A DNA stretch of 64,000 nt from assembly GCF_964204645.1 (NCBI RefSeq), contig NC_134029.1, positions 7,218,850 through 7,282,849 of the forward strand, given 5' to 3'. This document shows positions 49,455 to 64,000 of the stretch, in pieces; position 1 is the first letter of the stretch; the number at the start of each line of letters is the position of its first letter. The position numbers and the translations under genes are program-made. Source of the DNA: Tubulanus polymorphus (Eukaryota > Animalia > Nemertea). The notes beneath the pieces are model-generated. The model was not told where the DNA came from, did no database searches, and was given only the letters and a program-made list of their open reading frames with translations.

Positions 49455-52400
49455 TGATATTGGACAGCCACTTGTCTATGGAAACCAACATGAAGATATT
49501 TTCAATTTTCTCAAATAGCCCACAAACGAAACTTGAGAATTTACCTTCGGTTTTCTCGGAGTCAGTCAACAGCTACCGATCTGTACTAACTACCGCAATG
49601 AACTTTTTCAAGGTGGCATTAACGGCACATTGTTAGCGGGCATTCAAATGTCCGCATAGCAAATGTCACAGAAATGTGACTATGGCTGTTGATTAGCATG
49701 TCGCAATAATGCCACTACAGCACTTAGGCCTAAGAGATTTAAACATTGTAAATTCGGCCGCACTAGATGGTGGCATATAAATCGTGGCATATTCTTATCA
49801 TCATGGATAGAGGGCAGCACTTTGATTCGGTTTCGCTATAGCAGAGATCCGTAAAATTGGATAATTTGCATCATTGCGAAGGCTATGACACCTATTGATG
49901 TTGTGGTGGACTACTCATGGTGAACATTATTGATCATCTAATCTATTAGCTAGATAATCAATTACATTCACGATGAGTAGTCTAAACGTGCTGGCTGACG
50001 AAGACTTAGTCACTGGGGAAGTTCACCCAGTCCTGGCAGTGGCTGTCTCCACAGTGTATCTACGTTGCTCTACGATCCTGTGTAACCACCCACCCAGACA
50101 CGTTCATTCAAATTCGCGTGACTTTTGCCGACACAACTAGGCCTACTGTAGGCATTTTTGCCTGTGTTCAAACTGCGATATCTCAGCAAATAAACAACCG
50201 ATTTTGATAAATAAACTATCTACACTAACCTTATGACGTTTTGTGTTTGTTCATTATATTTGTTTGAGGATAAAGCCGATTTTACTACGATTAAATTTAA
50301 GATACAAAAATGATGCGCTGTTTAGCGATGAGACACGCATCGCTCAAGTGTCTTGTTGCTAACGAACTACAGTGTTACAATGCCTAGTTTCAAAGTGAAA
50401 AAATTGTGTCATTTTTGCTATTTCTGTATTTATATCGCATCAAGCACGGACTATGATGAAGGAACCTCCGAATGAACATAATAATAAGAAAACTGAATAT
50501 GTGAGGTTTGTAAAGAGAGTTTATTTTTCACAATCGGTTTAGTGAAACTGGATTTCTGGTGGTTTAAAGCTGCAGTGATCTAAAAGTATCGAGAAAATGT
50601 CGTTCGCATCTTAGTGTCTGTGCCGTGGTACATCAGACACTAAGGTTCTTGGTGAATGGGGAAGAGGTTTAGACAGCCAGTCCAGACAGCCTTCCTACAC
50701 CGGCCATGTCGACGTTGACTTAAAACATCAACATACGTCCACCACGTAAAAAAGGCCAACAACCCAACGGCACACGCCCACACACCAGCAGAACATGCCT
50801 TTCTCATCAATCCTCTTTTAGACTTATATTACTCATATAGGCTACGATAGGACTTACCATTTTTACTAAAGTCAACGATATCGATCGCGAAGTGATTGGC
50901 GCCATCATCACTGGAATATGGTTAATGAGGATGGATAACATCATCCCATTTATGGAAAACACGTGCGGTTTGTTTACAAAAAATGGCTCCGCACCAGGAG
51001 GTGCTGCCCCTCGAGTAGTATGTAACACGAATTCTAGATATATTTTCGAAAGAAAACTAATTGATTTGAACTTACATCTCCATAAATTATTTGGTTAATT
51101 TGTTGTATCACTTTAATCGAATTTTCGAATGTAAACTTACAACGTGTTGAGCTCAATACAATTAGCACACCTTTTTTTCGTTAATTTCATATATTTCATG
51201 TTTCCACGTTACAATCCCTAAATCCGAGCATGCCGGGTAAAAAGTATGCCCACGTGACCTTCCTATAGCCATTTATGTACACTCGTGATGATGGCGTGTC
51301 CTAAAAATAACAGAAGTTGTCCACCGATTAGCCTTGGCCATACTGGTGAGTAGACTATATGGCGGATTTGGCAATGGTGTTTGTGTTTCTCGAGTATTCA
51401 ATATTATGTGTGTAATATAGTTCAGAACCTGTTTTTTGTGAATCTGTATATTTTTTTTTGGTGAGAAATAAATTTATTGTATTGTCAGAACTAGTTTAGT
51501 AGTTAGTAACCTAATCGTTGGTGGTAAGCTTTTTATAATCGGATGGGCTTATACCAACGTTAGAGATGACAGGGCCAAAACACGGTTGAAAAAAGTAACA
51601 CTTCAAAAATATACTTTCTATTCACTTCAGTCCACAATTAATGGCTTAATTCACAAACTAACACAGGTACCTTTCGAAATAATCCAATTTTATGTATGTT
51701 ACGAGCGATTAATCAACATTATTTTGAGAAATTAATATCTCCACAAATTCCGCCACTGGCCGCCATTTCTCTGTATTGCATACATGTGGCATGATAGACA
51801 AGGTGACCTACAAGGATTTATATAAAACTTCCAAGACGAAACGACAATTTCTTTTTTTGATGGTTTTCCAACATATATTTCAAATCTTCGTGCTTTCCAT
51901 GATAATTTTGTCGTTTCGTTAGTTTGTGCTGTTGTCCTGGCCTCAGTCCACAGGTGCCAGCACCCTCAACAAGTTTTCGAAATGGCCACCGTTGAATTGA
52001 CGGAAATTTACTCTCACTTTACGGCCGATTTGCACATGGATTAAGATCGTCAGGTGAACAGTTATAGGTATCAAACAAACTACGAATCTGTTGTGCGTTG
52101 ATTACAACAAACATTAGACGGATATCTTAAGAGACAATGAAATGCCAGGCAAATTACTCGTCAGTCAAATTGGCTGACGAAGATTGCATACAAAAATGAC
52201 CTTCCCATTCCTGACTGGTTTGTGAAAATATCCGATCGTGAAACTAAAGCACAGACAGGTTACTGACTATGTCAGAACCAGAAGTATGAGTATAGCCGAC
52301 GTAGTCAGCAATGAACATGTTAGGTTTAAGTATATACTATAACTGTGGTTCTACACTCGCTAAAATTGAGTAATTTTTTGTTGGTTATTTTCAGGTTGAT

Positions 52401-52506
52401 TCCTTCAAACTGCTGTATTGAATCCTTGTCTTCATCGAAGTTTCTGAATTTACAAGAAAGTGCATAGTGGATTCAGTGAAAGATATTTAAGTTGAGATTC
52501 TAAACA

Positions 52507-55500
52507 ATGTCGCAATACAAGCAGCTGAAGCCAAAGTCTACCGTTACGGGTCTATCTAAGAATTCTCAATTTCCTTTCGATGAATGTGACAGTAGTCGTC
52601 GTATCCATCACTTGACGAAGAATACCTCTGGAACCATCATTTTGAACAAACAACCTGAATTAGCAGCAAAACGAAACCGCTCGCTCTCTGCCGACTGCAC
52701 TGTGCCCGCTACTAAAATGACTAGTAGCGGAAATAAATCTCAACCATACAGAGCCATCCTGCCGACTCCAAATGTTGTGCGCCACATGCCAGCCGTTATT
52801 AAGACAATCACACCTGAAACAACAGATTCCAATGGAAAAACTATTTGGCAGCAAGGTTTTTTAAAGAAAGCCAACTGCATTAAAAGGTATAAGCCGCCAC
52901 TGGCGGTTGCATTTCAGTTACCTGATCAAACATTCTATCAATGCGAGGCATGTAACGATTCATTCATGTTCCATTCTAGTTATGCTAGTCATGTCGAAAG
53001 AAAAAGTGTAAATATCAATTTTGTATGCTCTCACTGTCCAATGGATAAGATGCAGCATAAATTTCCAAACAAGTGTGCATTATGGCTACACTTAATGGGC
53101 CATGTTGTCAGTCAGAAAACTGCTGCCAATGATATGATGTGGTTAGATTCTGTCAATATGAGTATGATTGCTCTAGAGTATGTTAGAGCTCCTTTTCTAG
53201 CTAAAGATGCTAAAGAAATTGATAAGTTTCTTAACATGGCAACTTCTACTAAAGACAGCCTACCCAAAGATTTCAGCAGTGCAGAAGCCATGACTAGGAG
53301 TGGGAACGTAGATTCTGCTGGGGATAACGGATCAGATGAAATTTCAATTCGGAATGAGAAAGCTTGTGACGGAAAGATTTTTCAAAAAAGTTTGGAGTCT
53401 AAATCTGATTCCATCTCGAACAATCATGTAGTACTGGGTGCAATAGATGGAGAACCATGCATAGATAATCGTAATGCATCGAATGCAAATATGATAACTT
53501 CAACTCAGCTACCTCCAAGCTCAACTACCAACAAGACTTTGTCAACATACACTGGCAATGATCAGCTTTTGAGTTGTAAGCTTCCTCAATGCGGTATCGT
53601 CGGTATTTCTTGGGATTGCCCGGAATGTTTGATTAGTATACCAACAAAAGAAGGCCTTGCCAAACATTTCAGCACTAAGGATGCAACTTACAAAGGAAAT
53701 TGTGATGTCTGTTACTTGATGATGCCGAACAAATGTTCATTCGCTGCCCACAAACGCACTCATAAATTCACGCCTCCATATGTTTGTCCCGAATGCGGAA
53801 AGCAGTTACTTTCTTTAAGTCTTTTCAAGCGCCATTTAACAGCGAAATGTTTTCATAATTGTCGCTTGATGTGGCTATCTTGTCCAAAATGTCCCAGTTC
53901 CGGGTTTTCGAATACTTTTTTGCTGAAAACGCATTTTCAAATGCACCACCGAGACCTGTTTTATCGTTGTACACAATGCCCAGTTGCGTTTACAACCTGG
54001 GATGGCATCAGCAAACATTCAATTGATGTGCACAAGGTTTCAGCTAATCTCGGGTTCATTTCAAAACAGGTTTACCAATGTCATTTCTGTAAGATATGCT
54101 TTGGAGACAATGTTATGTTCATCGAACATTTAGAAAATCACATAGATGCCACTTTCAAATATAGCATACCAAAGTATAAATGTCAGATATGTTGTGAACT
54201 GTTTTTGTTGCCAAGCGATCTTGTTCAGCATTTAATGGCTCATAACAACCGTCGACATCAGGTAGTCCCGTTTATGTGCGATTACTGTGGACACCCGTGC
54301 GATAATCTTGCAAGCGAAATAAACCATGAAACCCAGAACCATCAGACATATATTCGAAATTTCTTTCTGAACGTTCAAAAACGCGGTCTCATTAAGGTTA
54401 ATGATCCGCTGGAAAATAAAAAAAATGGTGCAAATGTTACTAGCGAAGTGAACATGTCTGCTGATGTAACTGGTGGCAATGGAAATAAGTCAGCTCTATC
54501 TACCAAAATAAGTTCTTCTGTTCCAAAGAATGATAATAATCCATTTTCAGATCTTTTGAATCCAGATGTGGTGATAAAACAAGAAGTGCCCGATTCCCAA
54601 TGTGATTGCGGTGGGCTTGACCGAACTGGACCAATTATATCTTCGGATGATAGAAATGAAGTGCTTAAAGCACTTGAGAAACAATTGAAGCAAGAAGTCG
54701 TTGAAGTTCGCGAAAAGATACGAAATATGCAACATGTTTGTAAATTTTGCGAGATGGGATTCGAAATTGAAGATGAGTTAATTTCCCACCGTTGTCCAAA
54801 TGATCACCATGAAATTTCTACAGATGCATTTGAAGATCTACCCGCACGTAATGCTGATGTAACCACTACAGTGCCAATAGCAGATGAACTGACCAGTGGT
54901 CTAAGAGCTGCTTATATGCTATTACACTATCATGTTTGTAAAACTTGCAAAAAGTCATTCAACTGTAAACAAGACTTAGAAGAACATTTGACTGAAGCGC
55001 ATGGCTTTTCTATTGGATGTCAGTTCTCTTGTCTTCTTTGTGGCCTTACATATGCTAGTATTGAAGATCTGAATCGGCACGATAAAAATGTCCATCAACG
55101 TCAAAAAGAGCACAGCTTTTATTGTACACTATGCAAAGAGCAGAATATTGCTAAAAGTTACAAGCACAAAGTTTACCTGATTAATCACTTGAATAAGGTT
55201 CATAAGGTGAATCGAAATAAGGAACTGTGGGCTGAAATGAAGAAACAAGTCGAAGAAATGGAGTTACAAGTCTATGGCAAATGTGTCAGACTTGAAGAAG
55301 ATGGGTCAAGTCAGTCAGAAGAATCAGATGCGAATACTTCCAAAAGGCCATCGGTGTCCATTCCACAGGAAGAAGAAACTCCTGCTTTGAAGCGACTGCG
55401 ACTTGAGGGAGGAAATAGTTATCATTGTGCCAAATGTTCATACTCGTCGGAGGACCACAACCAGTTTTTAGATCATATAAAAATGCACAAAATTGAGGAA

Positions 55501-55854
55501 GATTCTTTCCAGTGCAGTGAATGCGGTGTTTGCTTCTCCGTGATCCCGTCATTAAAACGCCATCTCATCATTGTACACAAAGTTCGAAATATATCCAGAT
55601 ATGTGGGTTCTCTAGAGTCTAAACAGAAAGCGAACTTGTATGACTCGACCTTGTATTTCAAGCTCGATTCCTCGAAGAAAAAAACTGAAGCCTCCCCTAA
55701 ACGGACACAGGATGAATTCACTGTACTTCAGAATGGTTGGCTCGAGTGCCAAGTTTGTTATAAGGCCTTTAACGACATGCCATTACTTAAGTCGCATATG
55801 CGAACGCATGGTATGGCCTTTATTCAGTCCAAGCGTATTCAAGCCCTTCCGTGA
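52507..55854 (+). CDS. ZNF532/ZNF592/ZNF687-family multi-C2H2 zinc-finger protein, paralog B (single coding exon)
   Basis: 1115-aa ORF after a ttttcag acceptor at about 52394. Motifs YQCEACNDSFMFHSSY..H, PNKCALWLHL, NKCSFAAHKRTH, CSECGVCF...LKRHLIIVHKVR and the family C-terminus LKSHMRTHGMAFI. Confidence 0.9.
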   Translation: MSQYKQLKPKSTVTGLSKNSQFPFDECDSSRRIHHLTKNTSGTIILNKQPELAAKRNRSLSADCTVPATKMTSSGNKSQPYRAILPTPNVVRHMPAVIKTITPETTDSNGKTIWQQGFLKKANCIKRYKPPLAVAFQLPDQTFYQCEACNDSFMFHSSYASHVERKSVNINFVCSHCPMDKMQHKFPNKCALWLHLMGHVVSQKTAANDMMWLDSVNMSMIALEYVRAPFLAKDAKEIDKFLNMATSTKDSLPKDFSSAEAMTRSGNVDSAGDNGSDEISIRNEKACDGKIFQKSLESKSDSISNNHVVLGAIDGEPCIDNRNASNANMITSTQLPPSSTTNKTLSTYTGNDQLLSCKLPQCGIVGISWDCPECLISIPTKEGLAKHFSTKDATYKGNCDVCYLMMPNKCSFAAHKRTHKFTPPYVCPECGKQLLSLSLFKRHLTAKCFHNCRLMWLSCPKCPSSGFSNTFLLKTHFQMHHRDLFYRCTQCPVAFTTWDGISKHSIDVHKVSANLGFISKQVYQCHFCKICFGDNVMFIEHLENHIDATFKYSIPKYKCQICCELFLLPSDLVQHLMAHNNRRHQVVPFMCDYCGHPCDNLASEINHETQNHQTYIRNFFLNVQKRGLIKVNDPLENKKNGANVTSEVNMSADVTGGNGNKSALSTKISSSVPKNDNNPFSDLLNPDVVIKQEVPDSQCDCGGLDRTGPIISSDDRNEVLKALEKQLKQEVVEVREKIRNMQHVCKFCEMGFEIEDELISHRCPNDHHEISTDAFEDLPARNADVTTTVPIADELTSGLRAAYMLLHYHVCKTCKKSFNCKQDLEEHLTEAHGFSIGCQFSCLLCGLTYASIEDLNRHDKNVHQRQKEHSFYCTLCKEQNIAKSYKHKVYLINHLNKVHKVNRNKELWAEMKKQVEEMELQVYGKCVRLEEDGSSQSEESDANTSKRPSVSIPQEEETPALKRLRLEGGNSYHCAKCSYSSEDHNQFLDHIKMHKIEEDSFQCSECGVCFSVIPSLKRHLIIVHKVRNISRYVGSLESKQKANLYDSTLYFKLDSSKKKTEASPKRTQDEFTVLQNGWLECQVCYKAFNDMPLLKSHMRTHGMAFIQSKRIQALP

Positions 55855-58800
55855 TTGAATTACTACGTAATTACCTATTTACCTGATATCAAATTTATTT
55901 GGAACAGTTAAAGCCTGGATAAGTTAAAGCCAGATTTGAATCAAAAGCAATTTGTAGTACAGCCCAACTACAGTTGACTTAAGCGAGTTTGACTGTATAG
56001 CTGACTTAACCAGAAATCTTTAAGATGACCAGTTTTTATCGGTACTGAGGAAGGGTAGGTCTGCTGTATTGATTGTAAATTGTATGCTTCTTCCGCTTTT
56101 ATCAATTAAGAAACTTTTTAAATGCTGATTTTATATAATGTTCTTTGCATAAATAGATGTTAAGTCTTATCTGTGGTTAAGGGTTCTAAAATATGTATTT
56201 TTATTCCGGAAAACAATTATGGAATGTTTATTGAATAGAGAAGTTTTCAAAACTGTACAGCTAACATTCTTGAATTTCAGTAAAAATGATGTGGCGTAGA
56301 ATAATCTTTGTTGCACATGAATTGAATATTTGACAGCTCTTTATACCTTGAAAAGATACATGTATATTCTGAATAAATACAATTCATTTCTCAACGAAAT
56401 TCTTGTGTTGTATATGTATATTCTTCTAGGTATGAATGAAGATGGTGAAGGAAGATTTCCATGATTTCTAATATTTATCGAACTACATATTTTTGTTATG
56501 CTCTGCTTAAGGATTTTTTCAAGAGGTTGAAAAGTACAGTCATGGAAGACGGAACTGTTTTGAGGATATTGTGTATAAACAAGACTAATACAGAGTTACC
56601 ACTATCATCCACTTCCAAATTCCCTGGGTTTTCCGGGTAAAACCAGAACTTTCCCTGTATTCTGATGAAAGCCAGTGTAGAAGAGATGGAGAACATAATT
56701 CAGGAGCAAAAAATTCTGGGAAAACATGCGCAACGTAAACCTCATTTCCCTGTGTTTTCCAAAGAAACACCTCTTCCCGATGTATTCCCAGAGAAATCAG
56801 TTGCCTGGGCATTTCCTGTTTTCCAGATTTGTGGTCACCCTGAAATATGTACTTGCGGAAATCAATCGACATCATCCTATCGTAGTCGGTGAAGCTTTCC
56901 TATTTTCAAGGATTCTGTGGAATGAATATAACTCGACATTTCATATATTTTCAAGGAACTTTTATTGGTCTCAAAATTTCATCAATAACAACTATATACA
57001 AAGTGAAACATAACAAACAAAACTAATGTCGAATATGTGCACAGTCATTTTAGCAATGAATTGATAACTATTAAGCTAAATACCAGTAGTTGCGAATATC
57101 AGATATCCCATTGAGCATAACGGTATCAGAGCAAGGTCGCCAATGAAAGGACTTTGATCGGTGTCCAAAGAAGGACATTTAATGACATAAATCAATTCTT
57201 AAACATTTAATTCATATGCTCACAGACTAGGCATGTTTCTCCCTATGATTAAATCACCTACAATTAAATTTGGGAGACCAAGGTTCACACACTAAGGTAG
57301 AATTCAGTGTGAAGACTGATTGCCGATCACAGGATTATGTATATTTTCGCTGAACTAATTGGTGGTGACACTCGGCAGATTTGGTAATAGCTGATTGATA
57401 AATTTTACAATAATACATGTTCATGTATCTAGCATGTTTGATTTATGTGAGTTGATTTGCTTACTAGAAAGTTTGCATCGCATCCCTCGGCGCGTAATGC
57501 AAAATTAGGTGAAAATCAATTTGCCAATGAAATTTGCCTAGTCTATTACAATAGGCTTTACAGGAGGGTCCCAAATACCAATGCTATGTACAATTTATAA
57601 AAAGGTTATTTACCTTTTCACCTACGTTCAAATTCTTTGAATTGAAACTATAGAACCGTTGAACAGTTTTTTGTACAGAAGGAATCTACAATAATTCTAA
57701 ACAATAAATTAAACCGAGAATTAAAACAAATGTACAAAATATCTCATCGAGTAGTCTGATAAAGAAAATGCATTGGGAGTAGATTGACCTCATCGGACAA
57801 AATCGAGTCACCAGTATCATGAAATGCAAACGCGACTCCAGTAAAAAGTTTTCTGTTCATAAAGTATGGATGCAGATAATAAACGATTTCTAGATTCCTC
57901 AATTAAATGATACATGCAAAATGTACACTTTTAATGTAACTCACAGGCAACAGCCGAGACTCGAGCGCTTTCTCCAAAAACCCTGTGTCAGAGATACACA
58001 TAAGTACAAATACTAAGTAGACTTGTGCCTTGCCAATGCACCCTTTCCAAAAAGATAGTACCACACCCAGTTGACACCGAAATTCCCGGTCTCTAGTGAT
58101 CTGATCAAATAACTTCTAAATAAAGCCCCAACAAAGATCAGAGGTGAACATACATACTTTACGAACAGGAGGTTATTTCAATTTCATTAATGAAATGAAT
58201 AAACATTGGCGCTGCGCCACGACACATATTCTCTCATCAAGAACATAAAATCTTTTCATTGCAATATCAGTGATTAGCTATACATGTAGAAGCTTCATGG
58301 CAGCCTTTTATAATTGTTTTACGAAATCTTCATTGCAAAAATAAATGAATAACTGTTTTGAAGTTAGTTTTATTTTTTCTTCTAAGTTCTCTTTTGTTCG
58401 TTGTTTCTTTCCTAGCCATAGAAAAGCAAATTCAAAGACTCGCGCTATCAACTTTACTCATAACGCATACAATCATAAAAGATGCACACCTCTTTCATAT
58501 TAACGAGTACTCGACCTCAACATGCTTGTTCATACAACCAAGCCCACTTAATCTGGGAGCTAATGGTTAACTCTAGACTCCCTCAGTAAAACAAAATGTC
58601 CAAATTAGTTCATTTTTTGAACCACCCTGGTTTTACAAATGACTGGTAGTTTATCATAAACCTTTAAATCATACATTCGTCTTTAACATACTTATGTTAT
58701 GTAGCTGGTCTCATGACTGTCTATAACACTGGCCATAGGTACTCCATCCGTTTAATCTGATTTCAATCCACAACTGCATAACTGGGTCCCGGGGTACATC

Positions 58801-58878
58801 CTTCGAGGTTAACAGGTATCCCATACATGTGCAGCAGGGACTAGGAATGATTGTCTTAACTTTCACAATTCACAATCA

Positions 58879-62429
<3,551 letters not shown>

Positions 62430-63733
62430 TATTATTGGCGAAGTCGGAAGAGTTTATCTTTTATGTACAATATCTAGTAGTCAGTCGGTTAAAGGCTCCT
62501 ATCCATTGACCAAATCATTTTGACATTTTCAGTTCACTGACTGGAAACTGGAGTCGACAGATTGAAGAGTCCTAACTGGAAAATTCAAAAAAAAGAAAAA
62601 AGGTGAATAGCCTAAAATTTATTCTGTGATTTGCAAGGCTTTGTAAGGATCGTTGACGTTAAAGTCAGGCCTAACAATCTAAAATTCACTCTTACCGAGG
62701 CAAATGTTACGCCTGTTTTCACCACCAGACACTTGGAAAAAAATCAAAATACATACATACAATTTTTTTCAAACGATGCCATCTAGCGTCGTACTTTTGT
62801 ACAGGTAAATTTCGGATCAGGATTAAAAATTGGCTTTCAATTCACTTTATTAATGCTTCTTGTGGTAAAAATAAGCAAAATGTGATTTACAAAAATAAAT
62901 TACAGGTGCAAATATAGATTTTAAGAGTACAGTATATGAACACTAAGGAAATGGATGATAGATTTCCACGAATAAAAAGGAGTTTGAAACAAAAAATCTG
63001 ACTTATCTATAATTTCATAGGTAAATTTCGGATCACGGACCGAAAACTGGATTGAATCGAATGTTCTGTCACTGTGTCAATTAATTCGATACAACTCATT
63101 TAATGCAGTTATTCGAATGGAATAAAGGTCATAATGAACTCCATATATTATATTTCAATCTTCAATACAATGACGGAGTCGAAAGAATCAAATTTTGGGG
63201 CCTAAAACAGCGAATTTTGGGGAATATATGTTGTCCCTTCAGGCCAGGGTCCTCAAAATTAGTCTGGGTGACTTTCGTTCAGTTTTGTAAATTGTTATCG
63301 GTGAGGGTTGATTTAACTTAGAAAAAAATTACTTGAGGGTTCACTCTTCAAATGCCATAACCACATTAAAAGTTCGAATTACTGCATGCCATAGAGCTAA
63401 ATTATTTTTCTGTGATACCACCGAAAGCCGCAGCGCGGCAATACTAATTTACTGATTGACGACACGTTTTAAAATTGCTTCCAACGCACCAGCCTACATC
63501 CTGGTTCCTTTTGAAGGGTAATTGCACATTGATAGTCTGGTATTCAGACTAATTATAGCCCTCTATCCTTTAGTCTCAACTTTGTGAGTTCTATTGCAAG
63601 GCTAAGTCCGCTAATGCTGGCTTTGACATCGACCTATCATGATCATCAGACTTGAGCCTATATTCTTTCTGTTATGCCTATGCCAAAGTAGAATTAGCCT
63701 AATAATTTTTTTTTCAAATCATCATATGTTACA

Positions 63734-63776
63734 GATGCAGATGCCAAGTCATGCAAAAACTGAAGAATATACTGAG
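63734..63776 (+). other. Possible early exon of an unidentified gene divergent from DCAF12
   Basis: gttacag|ATGCAGATG...ACTGAG|gtaagg has good splice signals (MQMPSHAKTEEYTE if coding). No recognisable homology. Confidence 0.3.
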
Positions 63777-64000
63777 GTAAGGCAATGTCGACAATTAAAA
63801 AGAATGTCAATATAGGCCATGCTGACATTGCCAGTGTATCCATATCAAAAAGGCTTTTATCCATTTATTTTCAGTATATTCTGCATACGGCTCGATACAA
63901 ACCAATGAAATTGTTGGATTATAATTCCAATAATCTAAAAGGGTATGTTTATGTATCTGCGTTAGAGTCATACTAGAACCATTTCATCCACATCAACGTC

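Noticed and set aside
50600-50740. Hairpin cttagtgtctg...cagacactaag followed by a SINE-tail-like sequence
   Set aside because: No A/B boxes or second copy in the window, so it cannot be supported as a SINE or ncRNA.

Overview
AT-rich animal (invertebrate, probably lophotrochozoan-like; inferred only) genomic DNA with spliceosomal introns. From left to right: (1) 2.7-10.1 kb, minus strand: four tandem paralogous exons of a two-pore-domain (K2P/TWIK-type) K+ channel. Each encodes an N-terminus, M1, the extracellular cap and the P1 pore helix, and each ends at an equivalent phase-1 GT donor inside the first Gly codon of the T-I/V-G-Y-G filter. I found no downstream channel exons between them. 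This looks like a protocadherin/UGT1-style variable-exon cassette spliced onto shared constant exons left of the window, and it is the top finding. (2) 12.0-30.9 kb, plus strand: a complete multi-exon EPB41L4A-like FERM gene with a duplicated 88-nt mutually exclusive exon pair, a candidate 15-nt microexon, and a last exon open in two frames that both end in class I PDZ-binding motifs. (3) Two divergently oriented ZNF532/592/687-family zinc-finger paralogs, each with an uninterrupted CDS. (4) A 7-coding-exon DCAF12 gene on the minus strand. Introns and spacers hold several MITE families, a nested composite MITE, a Helentron-like element and a long palindrome. All exon boundaries were read by eye and family assignments come from recalled motifs; no searches were run.
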